Below are positions 1 to 11,330 of a DNA stretch of 64,000 bases, one piece after another; position 1 is the stretch's first letter, and each line of letters opens with the position of its first letter. Both the position numbers and the translations under genes were made by a program. Source of the DNA: Chrysomallon squamiferum (taxonomy: Eukaryota > Animalia > Mollusca); the NCBI GenBank assembly GCA_012295275.1, contig CM022678.1, positions 8,060,001-8,124,000 of the forward strand, given 5' to 3'. The notes below the pieces were generated by a model. It did no database searches. It saw only the letters and a program-made list of their open reading frames with translations, and had not been told where the DNA came from.

Positions 1-89
1 GAAAAACATTGTTATTTCAAAACAACGCGATTGTAGCTATTCTCAATATTATATTTGGCGACACCAGTATCTGAGTATGGCGAGGAAAC

Positions 90-120
<31 letters not shown>

Positions 121-1317
121 ATAAAATAATAAGTATTTAAAACTATTTTCTTACCTTTTGAATAGGTAAAATTATGTTACGTTAACTGTATTATATTATA
201 TAGTACTTTTCTGTTGTTGTTCTTATTTAAATATATAAATAAATAAATGTTTCACCTTCTCTATCTTCTAAGTCGTCGTTATATATCATGTAATCATTCT
301 ATCTTCCGCTTTCTGTAAGATTACCAGTCCAATATTCCTCTATTAAACATATTGCTATTGTAGGTTTAAAATAAATTTACAAAACTTCTATTGACGTGTC
401 CCATACATTTAAGGGTGAGTGATGATAAAAACATACACAAACGTATTAAAAACAAATACAATTTTAAAATATTTATTACAAGTCAACAAACGAAAGCTTG
501 AATAAAACTATTAAAAATAGAGACTTTCGCATTCACTTTATGGCTGAAAGAATAAATGAATGAATATTTAAAGACAAAACAGCAGCACAAAAAAAAAACA
601 ACAACCTAAAGGTAAGATAATGATATAGTGATATGCATGGAATAAAAAAATTGGTTAAAACACACGTAAAGAGTTGTGAACAATACAGATTAATATTATT
701 AATATTACTATATTATGTAGAAAATACTTACCTTTCATAACAGCGACATTTTGTTATTATTCATGCTGTGGTGTATGGATAATTATTTTTAATTCATTTA
801 ACACGTTAAATGTATTGGCTGATAGTAGTATTGGTACTAACACGTCAGAAACATCAGGTAGTATTTTGTAAAACCTTGGCTGAGGAAAGTATCAGCAGTC
901 ACCCATTCACCCTGCTTTTTCTTTCTATAAGGAATCACATAACTATTAAGTTACAATTAACAATTAAAAACATTTTTTTTTTTCTTAGTTTCATTCATCA
1001 GAGATTTTTTTTTTTTTTTTTCTTCTTTTTCTTCAGTCATCTCAGTTTTTAATATTTGTCAGAAGATTTATATTATTATTTTTCCTCCTTTTAATAAAAT
1101 TTTGTATCTTTTAGTTTCTTCTTATTCTACCACCATTTTGTATAATATATAACTGAAAAAAATGCTAAAATGTGTATGAAATAAAGTGACAATATGTAGA
1201 AAAAAAAATTGAAAAAAATCAGAAGAAGCAAAAAGATTTTAATATTTATAGTGCACATACCATTTATAATGAAACAACAAAATGTTTTGATGTAAATAAA
1301 AATGTATTAAAATCAGA

Positions 1318-1722
1318 TTAAAAACATTGTTTCACACAATGCAGCAACCATGTAAGAAGATTTTCATTTTCTGAAGATGATGAATTTTTAATTTGTTCTT
1401 CAATTTGCTGTAAAACTGGAACAATGACATCAACGTCGTATCGCAAACCAGTTAATTTTAAAGAAATATCATTGATCTCGGGTAAAAATATTTTTAGTTT
1501 TTCATTCCCGCTCTCTAGATCAAAGCAAACATTTTCTATCTTTCCTTTACTGATCATTAAATCTATTTTCAAACTGTGACCAGAATGACTTGAAAAATGT
1601 TTAAAAACTGAAAATTTTGGACTATTTCCATACACCCACTCCCAAGATTTCAGATTTTTCACATTTTTGTCCAGGCCAGGAAATAATTCTTCTGTTGGCT
1701 TAATATAGTTTATGGTGCTCTC
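1318..1722 (-). CDS. LIPT1: LIPT1 last coding exon
   Basis: Acceptor ttttttgcag, then ESTINYIKPTEELFPGL...LKSWEWVYGNSPKF (conserved W-x-W-x-Y-G-x-x-P-x-F); stop TAA. Spliced total 393 aa. Confidence 0.92.
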   Translation of the reverse strand, partial: ESTINYIKPTEELFPGLDKNVKNLKSWEWVYGNSPKFSVFKHFSSHSGHSLKIDLMISKGKIENVCFDLESGNEKLKIFLPEINDISLKLTGLRYDVDVIVPVLQQIEEQIKNSSSSENENLLTWLLHCVKQCF

Positions 1723-2293
1723 CTGCAAAAAAATATTTTTAAAAATTAAAATAAAAACAGTGTCTTTTTTATTTGTAAGTTTGCCTTATAAAATAAAATT
1801 TATTAATATTATTAGATTCTGACTGCACATTTGATAACATGCTAAAAAGTCTGTTGCATTTGTTCATGACAACATATGGAGTTAAGTTTTATATATTATA
1901 TTTGCTGATAATAATAATAAACTTTGTTGCAATAATATATATATATGTTGTAGATTTAAAATTTTGTATAAAAACTCTTTAAGAATTTTTAGACCAGATT
2001 GGGTCTCAAATATATATCTTTCCTTCTTTGATTGTGATAACTGCATTAAAAGATGTTGCATTATTTATAATCCTTGTAATTTACTCTGATATAGAGGATC
2101 TAATTCTTCAGGAAAAAAAACCTAATGCATCAACAATGTTAAACACACACAAACATGGCAAAAACAAAAGTTCCCGTTTCATCCTTCACTGAAGAGATTT
2201 TGAGACTTGATAGAAAGAAATGTCGGCATCAGTCCAGTAATGTTTCCTAGAAGAAAACATACCAAAGAATAGCATTTAAAACTCTGTACAAAC

Positions 2294-2428
2294 CTTCTTT
2301 AAATTGCGTCGGAGGAATAAACTTCCAACTGTTTCAACAACGTCGTCAAATGTTATGTCTGCTACAGCTTCTCTGACATTCATCACATACGCTGGAATAC
2401 TCTCTGTGGCTTTACTCTGAACCCCAAC
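2294..2428 (-). CDS. LIPT1: LIPT1 coding exon 3 (VGVQSKATESIPAYVMNV...RRNLKK)
   Basis: Hand translation. Matches the G-x-x-S-x-A-T-x-S motif of lipoyltransferases; 135 nt, phase 0/0; acceptor tag, donor GTTTGT. Confidence 0.88.
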
Positions 2429-2438
2429 CTACTCAAAG

Positions 2439-2784
2439 TTAGATTTAAAATGATTAATATTTTATTTACTAAATCTGAATAGATCAAAATTAGATTTAAA
2501 ATGATTAATATTTTATTTAATGAATCTGAATAGATCAAAATTAGATTTAAAATGATTAATATTTTATTTAATAAATCTGAATAGATCAAAATTAGATTTA
2601 AAATGATTAATATTTTATTTACTAAATCCAAATAGATCAAAATTAGATTTAAAATGATTAATATTTTATTTACTGAACCTGAATAGATCAAAATTAGATT
2701 TAAAATGATTAATATTTCATTTAATAAATCTAAAGTGATCAAAATTAGATTTAAAATTATCAGTATTTTATTCACTAAATCTGA
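2439..2784. repeat. 51-bp minisatellite, about 7 copies, in LIPT1 intron 2
   Basis: Unit ttagatttaaaatgattaatattttatttactaaatctgaatagatcaaaa starts at 2439, 2490, 2541, 2592, 2643, 2694 and 2745. Confidence 0.95.
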
Positions 2785-3002
2785 AAGCAGGTAAACGGAA
2801 ATCTGTTTCAAAAATTATTAATGTTTATGAATAACTATGTAAGAAACATACATATCTTCACTTATGTATGTATGTAAAAGTGCTTACTTTCTTGAGATGG
2901 TGAATCGATATTAATGCATGAAAGAGTTAAGCACTAACATTAAGTACATATCAATAAGTATATGTGTATATAAGAAATGATTTAGTAAAAATAAAATTAC
3001 AC

Positions 3003-3110
3003 CATTTTTGACTGTAGCAGAGCATTCAGTTTATCCTTGTCGACATTGAGCAGAAATGTAAAATGGTGATACGTTTTATTTCCACTCAGTTTCGCAGCAG
3101 TTCCAGAAAC
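3003..3110 (-). CDS. LIPT1: LIPT1 coding exon 2 (VSGTAAKLSGNKTYHHFTFLLNVDKDKLNALLQSKM)
   Basis: Hand translation. Acceptor ttttccgtag; completes the conserved K-(I/V)-S-G-x-A motif and an HH-x-T motif; 108 nt, phase 0/0; weak donor GTGTAA. Confidence 0.9.
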
Positions 3111-3179
3111 CTACGGAAAAGAAACTGTTCATTTTTTACATATCAGCAAGTCTTCTGCATCAAATAATTTAAGTTAAAA

Positions 3180-3680
3180 CTGCACATAATCTTCAATCTG
3201 TATCATACAGCATACGTAACTTTTCTTTTTAGAGCACATATACCAAATGCTTTAACTTAAAATGCCTCTAATTAAAATGGATTAATTTCATTTATTATAA
3301 ATCTTTTCACATAATCTTCAGTCTTTATGCAGTTTATTTTACTTACAAAATAATTTAACTTGAAAAGATGAAAATTAGAATTCAGATGGAAAACTTTCAT
3401 ACATTATAAGGTTATTTCATAATCTGTAATCTTTATGTAATGATATTTTATTACGCCAAACATCAACCTAAAATAAAGATAATTATTATTCAAAAGAATA
3501 AATTATAAACTCTCTTCACATAATCTTCAATCTTTATGTAATTTTATTCAGATGTACATAAGACCAGATGATTTAACTCGAATACATATAATTACAATTT
3601 AAATGAATAAATGTCATACATTTTTGGACATAATCTTCAATTATTGTACAGTTCATTTTAACATGGCAGTACATACCAAA
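3180..3680. repeat. Diverged tandem repeat (about 100-125 bp unit) in LIPT1 intron 1
   Basis: Core cataatcttcaatcttt or close variants recur near 3183, 3308, 3417, 3518 and 3628, with a shared tttaactt/ctc...aa motif between them. Confidence 0.6.
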
Positions 3681-3704
3681 TTATTATTTTCTTAAAATAC
3701 TTAC

Positions 3705-4238
3705 TTTGTAAGTCCCATTCAAAATGAGATCATCGCGCTTATTCACAGTGAGGTCAACATCCCATCTTGATGTTACTGCCTCGACAACAAGTTCCAAATT
3801 AGCTTTTCTGTTGTATCTCTGACGAGACATTATGAAGGAAAAATTAACGTTGCCTTCATCGTGGTAGACTGCGCCACCACCACTTCTTCTTCGAACAACG
3901 TCAACATTTTTCCGCCTGGCTTCAGACAAATTGCATTCTGTCCACAAATTCTGATGACGGCCAATGACAACTGCAGGAGAGTTCCTCCACATGAGCAGGT
4001 AACTCTTGGTAAGAAGATCTTCATGCTCAAACAGCCAGTCCTCAAGAGCCAGGTTGACGAAAATGTTAGTGGAGGTCGAAACCAGTACAATATGTTCTAC
4101 TGAAGGATTTAAATTCTTGGAGCAGAATCTTTTCAGACATAATGAAATGGTAGATTTTGATTGTTGATATTTTTTAAAGTGAAAAAGTATACCCTGTCTG
4201 TGTATGCAAAACACTTTAAATATTTTTGTTGTCTGCAT
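3705..4238 (-). CDS. LIPT1: Lipoyltransferase 1 (mitochondrial), coding exon 1 of 4
   Basis: Translation has LplA/LIPT1 motifs NLALEDW, WRNSPAVVIGRHQN, VVRRRSGGGAVYHDEGN and NKRDD, after a basic N-terminus resembling a transit peptide. Ends ...GTYK at a GTAAGT donor (3704), phase 0. Upstream acceptor tttctctacag at 4251-4252 implies a non-coding 5' exon. Confidence 0.93.
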
Positions 4239-4571
4239 TTGGTCATCTGGCTGTAGAGAAAAAAAAAAAATCTTGAAAATTTGTATTCTTTGCTGAAATT
4301 TAAATTCAGTTTAAAGTGAGCATAAAAATAAGGATCTTCTCAGTTGACATGTATCAAACAAATTTATTTTTCATCTGTTTATTATGGAAAGCTACTTTTT
4401 AATTTTAAATTTATGTAAAAGAATATATATATATTTTTTTAAATATTATATACACACACACACACACACATTCATATTTAAAACTAAACAAAATGGATAT
4501 ATTTTATTTATTGCTTGCTTACATTTCTCTTTACGTTAACCAAACAAATAATAAATTCCGTTTCTGGTTAC

Positions 4572-5103
4572 CTTCTTTATTACTGAAGTAAATTCTGCAA
4601 AAATTTAATTATTTTAGTTAAATATCACTATTCACTGTAGTTGGAGCTTTAGACTATAGCACAGTTGAATTCGGCACTTCGCGATTCTTCATTATGCCTC
4701 AAGGGGTTTTGATGGATAATACTGTCTAATAAGAATTAAATCAATTTTTTCGGATATATGCAGTTATAATAATATCAAAAGTTAATATATTCGAAAGCCT
4801 CATTTAATAATATTCTTCTAACTACATTGACTTGATTAAGTTACAATCTGCTACCGGCATAAAATGTACTTACTAAATTTCCTCCATTGTAATAGAGCGC
4901 AACAAGGAACATTATTACAAATAAATTATTATTGCTGACATATTTTTAAAGGAAGATTGAAGAAGATAATATTTTAAGTCTAATAATTATAAGTATTTTA
5001 CAGTACTCAATCTTCACATAATTCATTAATTTGTTAATAAGACCCTTTTATGCTTATTCCTTGTGTTTCGATAATCGGGTGGAAATACAACAGAAGAAAT
5101 AGT
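4572..5103. promoter_or_regulatory. Putative shared bidirectional promoter and 5' UTRs of LIPT1 and CCDC43
   Basis: Divergent ATGs at 4238 (-) and 5104 (+). A minus-strand donor AAG|GTAACC at 4571 could close a LIPT1 5' UTR exon. Transcription start sites cannot be determined. Confidence 0.55.
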
Positions 5104-5277
5104 ATGGCAGCCTCCTGTAGTCCATATGATCTGTGGCTGTCAGACAAACTTTTGTCTTTAAATGAAGACGTGGATACAGATGTATTTGTTTCCTACATAT
5201 CTGCAATATTAGATGAAACTGATACTCCAGATGAAGAAAAGAAAGAAAGTTTAGCAAGCATTATCGGAGAAGTGGTT
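5104..5277 (+). CDS. CCDC43: Coiled-coil domain-containing protein 43, exon 1
   Basis: MAASCSPYDLWLSDKLLSL...DVFVSYISAILDE...EEKKESL resembles the CCDC43 N-terminal domain (WLxxxL...YIxxIL...EEK). Best donor GTTGGT at 5278; in-frame alternatives at 5272 and 5275 make the exact end uncertain. Confidence 0.85.
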
Positions 5278-5786
5278 GTTGGTTTCAATTTTTGATTATA
5301 TCTTTCTTTTCTAATATTTTAATCTTATTAATACAGTATTGTTGTATTATGATTATGGTCATTAAAATTTAAGCTTTGTTAAATTTTTAAAGTATTAAGT
5401 GTAACTATTATTTTTTTTTTTATCCATCACATATGCATGAAACGTGCAGCACGAAGGCAAATTGTTCGATTATATTTGAAAAAAAAAAAGTTTTAACGTG
5501 GTATATTATAGACTATACAGATAATATACTATATAAATTATAATTATATAATACACTTATTATTATTAAGCATTGTATATCGTTATTCATTGAATGATTG
5601 ATTAACTTAATAAAATGATTTGCGTTAGTTCAAACCTGGATAAATTTTATTTCTGTAATTTCTATTCAGAGTTTTTCTTCCATATGTTTCAAAAACTAAA
5701 TATATACAAACATATTTTAAAGAAAGAATAATAACATTGTCGTGCACAAATAGCAACAGTTAAATTGTCGTTTTCTGTTCTTATAG

Positions 5787-5877
5787 ACTGACAGTATTGA
5801 GAGTGTTTGTAATGAGTTGATAGAGAAATGGAATGAATTTCATAAAGAGAACTTAAATGCAAATGAACACAAAACAG
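5787..5877 (+). CDS. CCDC43: CCDC43 exon 2 (TDSIESVCNELIEKWNEFHKENLNANEHKT)
   Basis: Not in the ORF track. Acceptor ttctgttcttatag, donor G|GTGAAA; matches the C-x-E-(I/L)-x-E-x-W motif of CCDC43; phase 0/1. Confidence 0.87.
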
Positions 5878-6362
5878 GTGAAATATTATTTTATTGTAAT
5901 TTAATATCAATAATGCTTATTTTATATTTATGAAGTAAATATATAGGCTAATTATAGATACTAATAAGGAGCATTTGGTATTGGTTACTACTATGTATGT
6001 ACTTCACAATATTTATAGGTATGAATGTGTGTTTATCCATTTGTTGTTTAATATAATATAGCTATTAATACTTTTATGTTTTTAAATTTTGGCTTTTATG
6101 AGTGTTTATTTCTCTATTCATATATATTTTAGAAGTTTCACTGTATAAACATTTTCTTCAAAAAAAAAAAGTGTGGTATACCAAAAACAACACATTCTTA
6201 TAACAAACATCGCAAAGTATTAAGTATAAAAATAAAATATCAAACAAAATGCTTATCGAACCTTCCATTTAGGTTAAATGTAAAATTTGGTAACTATGAG
6301 ATTCACTGAAGAAAGTTCATCATATTGTTACTTCATTTTTTTTTTTTTTTTAAACTTGTCAG

Positions 6363-6498
6363 CTGATTTGAGTGACAGGTTTTCACAGATTCTAAAAGCT
6401 CAGAAACTCCCAGTGGCCAAAGAGAGACAACTCACTAGTGAAGAACTTGCCAGAAAAGAAGCCATTTTAGCACACTACCGTCAGATGTCTGACGATGA
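6363..6498 (+). CDS. CCDC43: CCDC43 exon 3 (ADLSDRFSQ...EELARKEAILAHYRQMSDD)
   Basis: Acceptor cttgtcag; resembles the CCDC43 segment EEKQRKAALLAQY; ends at the U12-type donor GA|GTATCCTTT, phase 2. Confidence 0.9.
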
Positions 6499-6846
6499 GT
6501 ATCCTTTCCTGGATCCATACAAAATCCATTTACCAGAGAGCACTGGATTCTTGCCTTGAGGAGGATCCAGGTTCTAATCCTGACAGTGAAGGTTTGACAA
6601 AACTGGTGCAGTAGAGTTGAAATGACAAAAAAAATAGCATGATAGTGTTGACTCATAAAGTATTTGTATTTTCAGCATAAACCATTGAAATATAAGAATA
6701 TTAAGTACTGTACTGACACGAAGTCGCCAGCCATTGTCACATGACACATTCACTCATTTTTATGAAAAACAAAAATAGCTTCTCTTGTTAGGGCATAACG
6801 AAGAATTTCTGTGAATTGTTACGTTCTTTCCTTAACAAGATCTTAG
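6499..6846 (+). other. CCDC43: U12-type (minor spliceosome) GT-AG intron
   Basis: 5' site GTATCCTTT; branch point TTCCTTAAC at 6828-6836; AG at 6845-6846; no polypyrimidine tract; splicing preserves the frame. Confidence 0.92.
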
Positions 6847-6899
6847 CGACGAAGAAGCTGAAGAAGAGACAACAAAGAAGAGTGAAGGAGATGGAGACA
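6847..6899 (+). CDS. CCDC43: CCDC43 exon 4, 53-nt acidic exon (DEEAEEETTKKSEGDGD)
   Basis: Lies between a U12 branch point/AG and a U12-like donor A|GTATCTTTT; phases 2/1 join exons 3 and 5 in frame. Confidence 0.87.
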
Positions 6900-7264
6900 G
6901 TATCTTTTTGTTAAAGTACGCCTGTCGTGCCAATAGTGTAATTATACCAAAAACTGGCATATAAGATGTACATGAAATACATAAACGGATTTCATGTTCA
7001 GACTTATAACTCAGACTCTCTTAGTATTAAAAAAAGCAAAATTCCAAAGTCCATAATGCTTCCAGGCATTTTGTTTCAGGGATCTCAGACCGGCGTGTAT
7101 GTTTGTCTGTATATAAACAAGTGCAAGCAGACAGACACACACACACACACAGTTCTGTATTTATCCTGCAGTCTGTGCATAGTAGCAAAATGTTGACTAG
7201 GTAAATTTAATTTTTGGGGGACACTAACAAAAATATTAGCTTTTTGGTATGGAACTATATTTAG

Positions 7265-7311
<47 letters not shown>

Positions 7312-7930
7312 TGTAGGTAGGTAGGTAGGTAGGTAGGTAGGTAGGTAGGTAGGTAGGTAGGTATGTATGTATGTATGTATGTATGTATGTATGTATGTAT
7401 GTATGTATGTGTATGTATGTGTGTATGTATATGTATGTATGTATATAGACAAACACACACATTTTTCAAAGTTACACATTTAATGTTTAATTGCTGGTTA
7501 AGGTCTTCAAAGATTGGGTTGAATGGGTTTGAAGCAGCCTCACGGGATAAAGCTGATGTTTTGAGACAGTAACCAGTTATTTCTTTTACCCTGCCATCCT
7601 GGTTAATATAAAAACTATTTTATCTTTCAACTCAACTCTCTCCACTAGCACATTAACATACATTGATTTTGTTGTTGCTATACATCAAAACAAAATAATT
7701 GTATATATTTAAATGTGATTTTTTTTTTTCTTCTTCAAAATGAACAAGGTGTGTGTGTTTGTCCTATACTTTCAAAATATCTGAGGGAAATTTTGATTTA
7801 ATATATTGTTGACAAATCTTTCTTAATAACAAAGTTACAAAGTAAAATGATCTTGCGAAAATTCATGACACTTGGCATCAAGTGATGATATGAAAAATCA
7901 TCCCTGTTTGATGATCCTTGACTTGCTCAG
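6900..7930 (+). other. CCDC43: Second U12-type GT-AG intron
   Basis: 5' site GTATCTTTT (one mismatch to GTATCCTT); branch point TCCTTGAC at 7915-7922; CAG ending at 7930. Confidence 0.85.
7270..7446. repeat. Compound microsatellite (AT)n-(GTAG)n-(GTAT)n
   Basis: Directly visible. Representative of dozens of (CT)n, (CA)n, (AT)n, (ATT)n, (GATA)n and (GTAT)n tracts across the window. Confidence 0.95.
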
Positions 7931-8121
7931 ATCTTGTGTTGAAGAATATCAACAAAGATGCTGTGATGAGGGCAGAGAGAGAGAAACGAGAGAAGGCAAA
8001 ACAGGAGTACGAGAGAAAGAAAGAGAAAGACAAAAAGGACAGAGAGAACCAGAAACAGAAACTTCTCGATCGTAAAGAGGCAGAAAAGAAAAGAACACAG
8101 AAAGGAGAGAAACGGCGGTAG
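7931..8121 (+). CDS. CCDC43: CCDC43 last exon, charged coiled coil
   Basis: ...KNINKDAVMRAEREKR...EKKRTQKGEKRR* matches the CCDC43 C-terminus (N-x-N...EKKRTQ(R/K)GE(R/K)xR). Confidence 0.93.
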
Positions 8122-8758
8122 CAGACGTGAAACTTTCATTTGTTTTTTTCATATTTCTTCTTTCATTTGTTTTTTTCATTTCTTCTTTCGTTTGTGTTTT
8201 TTTTTTTTTTTTTTTTTTTTGATTGTTTGTTTCTTTTTGGTTTTTTTAAAGATAACTTCAGAGTTAATTTGTTGTTACTCATGTAAATACAACGAAGTGG
8301 AGTGACATTAAATTTGAATTAAAATTTATCTTGTAATATTTTAATTTATTTTAACCATTGCTGCTATTATTATTATTATTATTATTACAATATTGTTATT
8401 TTTTTGTAGCCAGATCATGATAAATTCAGGGAAAATATATATACACATACACACCACACACACATTTTCAGATGTTTATTACATATATTTTGGTACCAAA
8501 GATACTATTATATGTTACCTTTTGGGGGTTTTTCTTTCATTTTTTTTCATTTATAATTTTGTTTTATTTATTTATGTCATTGATTCTTTCTTTATTTCAT
8601 TTTATTTTTTATTTTTATTTTTTTCTAGGCTTTGATTGCTTAATTTTAATTTGTTTCTTTATTATTTATTTTTTATTTTTTAAATTTTGTTTATGTGACC
8701 ATATCCCCAGGTTACATTTATTACTCTTTATAATTGTGAAGAGTTGTCTTCCTTGACT

Positions 8759-8771
8759 AATAAATAATAAA
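8759..8771 (+). terminator. Candidate CCDC43 polyadenylation signals
   Basis: Two AATAAA (8759, 8766) followed by T/GT-rich sequence near 8791-8812. Confidence 0.45.
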
Positions 8772-9568
8772 AGTTTGAAATTATAATCCATTTTGCTTGT
8801 GTCATTGTTGTAGTTTATTATTATTATTATTATTATTATTTACATCCATATTTGCCTTGATTGTCTGTAGAATTATACAAGTGTTTCTTTGTGCCTCTGT
8901 GTTTTAAATCGGAAATTGAATACTCTTGTATTATAACACAATAGTTTTAATAATACAGCCTGAGATATTTAATATTAAAATAGTAATTTACAGTACATCT
9001 TGATTTAATGGACCTATAATAAACAAATATTTTAAAATGCTAATAGTTTAATATTATTGCAATAATATACCAAATATTTAATTTAAAATGTTACCGAATA
9101 AAGTCAATAAGTGACAGCAAAGCCATGATCAGTATAAATGATGTATATTAATATACTGTGTCAGCTATGCCAGTTACATGCTCTGGAATATCGCATGAAT
9201 TATTGAAGGCATCGCTTATACCAGGGGAATTGAACTTCCAAGGGTTTTAAATAAATTATAATCTGCCAAATTATGTATGTTACTCTGAGTATTTGATTTT
9301 ACAAGAAATTAGTTGAAGAATGTTCCCAGTAGTAACAACATAGTTTTATATTGTTACTACAGCTGTAGCTGATGCAATAAAAAGTAATTTAGGAAGTATT
9401 TAAAATAAATAACAAATTCAGTATCTTTAAATTTCAGTTATCTGTTCTGTTTAGAAACTTACAGTAAAGGAGTAAGTATATAAAGTAAAAATATTGAAAT
9501 GTATAATGTTGTCTTCTGTAAATGTTTATTATTATTATTATTTTATTATTATTATTTTATTATTATTA

Positions 9569-9608
<40 letters not shown>

Positions 9609-10154
9609 TTAAATTGTACAGTATCAGTTTCTCTAATTTCAAAATGTTGCACAATATTTAAGCAATAAATGTAAAAATACATGATGAAATAGACCAAAGT
9701 TTCTGGGCCTGATGCAATGAGCAGTAAATAATATTTTAACAAGTAAAATCTTTAGAATTATAAATTCTAATGATAAAATTATGCAATTTTTAATTAACTT
9801 ATTATTATATTTTATTAATTTATTTTTTATTTGTTTACTTATTTTGTTCTTTCAGTTAAACAATCGTTCGTTCATTCATTCATTCATTCATTCAATATTG
9901 TTAAATTATATCCGTTTTCTACCTATTGCAAATTAACGTAAAAGACTAAGTCCGCTTTGATTAACTCCGACAGACTGAGATCACGATTGCTTTGTTATTG
10001 CGTTATAAATTAATACTATCTTTAGCCGGGTAGATAAGGTTAAAAACTAAGATAAACGAAAAATAAGTAATTCTGTTTTTGTTCTTCACTGATGACGTCA
10101 GTATATTCGGATTAAACTTGCTAATAAATACGGAACTGGTTAAACTCCAATTTG

Positions 10155-10233
<79 letters not shown>

Positions 10234-10244
10234 TTCAGAACTAA

Positions 10245-10282
<38 letters not shown>

Positions 10283-10649
10283 GTTTAAGCTAATATTGCT
10301 AAGATAAAGAGTCAGCATGTATTAATATTGTTACTCAGCGTTGCACGTAAACATTTGAAATTGCTCACGGATCCAGGTCACATGACGAAATAGCAGACGA
10401 TATCTGTGGCTATTTGAAGATCCGATGTAATACACTGATCTTGTCACGATAAATTAGTAAAGCAGGATGTGATACCATTGATTGGGTTTCCTTTAATGTT
10501 TTATTCTATTCTATTTTTTTGTTTTATTTTATTTTAACAGACTGTAAATCCCAAATTATATTTTTAAGCTCAAAGTTATTGTCAGTTTACCTTTGGTTAT
10601 GGATATGTTTTAGCTTGTATTTTGTGTGTGTGTGTGTGTGTGTGTGCGC

Positions 10650-10722
<73 letters not shown>

Positions 10723-11231
10723 TATGTACGTAATATATTTTCTCTATGCACAAATACCGTAGTCATATGGGTAAATACCCGAGTCATATATAACATACAC
10801 ACACACATACAATCATTCACTGAAGGCTATTAAAAGTGTTTATGTAAATATTTGTAATATTATTCAAACTAATTAAAGAAAGCGGAAAACATCACAAAAA
10901 ACATTAAATTTCTTTCAAGAACAAAAGAATTATTTTTTTACACGTCACTGAAGCTAATCCCCGCAAAGCAGGTCACGTGAGTACATCAGTATTTCCTGCG
11001 TACCACCGTGATCCTACAAAGCATACGTAAATAAAACACGTCTGCTCCGCTCTGTCGCTTACATCAAAGAAAAAGTATCAAAACCACAGAGACGTTATTT
11101 TCGAAATTGCAAATTCGTTTCATGTTTATTTTTATTTTTTAATATTTACTTTTTTTATTTATTTATTTCCTTATATTGTTTAAGTTAATCAGCAAGATAA
11201 AATAGATGGTAAGATGCGTATTATTATGTTA

Positions 11232-11262
<31 letters not shown>

Positions 11263-11277
11263 ATTTATTTATTTATT

Positions 11278-11330
<53 letters not shown>

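Noticed and set aside
2170-2250. CTGAAGA...GAAA hammerhead-like words and a possible extra acceptor in LIPT1 intron 3
   Set aside because: No stems II/III can be formed. The acceptor at 2247 is only 47 nt from the donor and leads to a stop after five codons.
2383-2811. 142-aa repetitive ORF (NKILIILNLILIYSDL)n
   Set aside because: Translation of the 51-bp (17-codon) intronic minisatellite; out of frame with LIPT1 exon 3.
5298-5306. ATATCTTTC as an AT-AC U12 donor for CCDC43 intron 1
   Set aside because: An in-frame TGA (5293-5295) precedes it, and exon 2 has an ordinary pyrimidine-tract AG acceptor.
11231-11290. Palindrome formed by (AAAT)n abutting (ATTT)n
   Set aside because: Cruciform-capable, but simply head-to-head microsatellites, which are common in this window.
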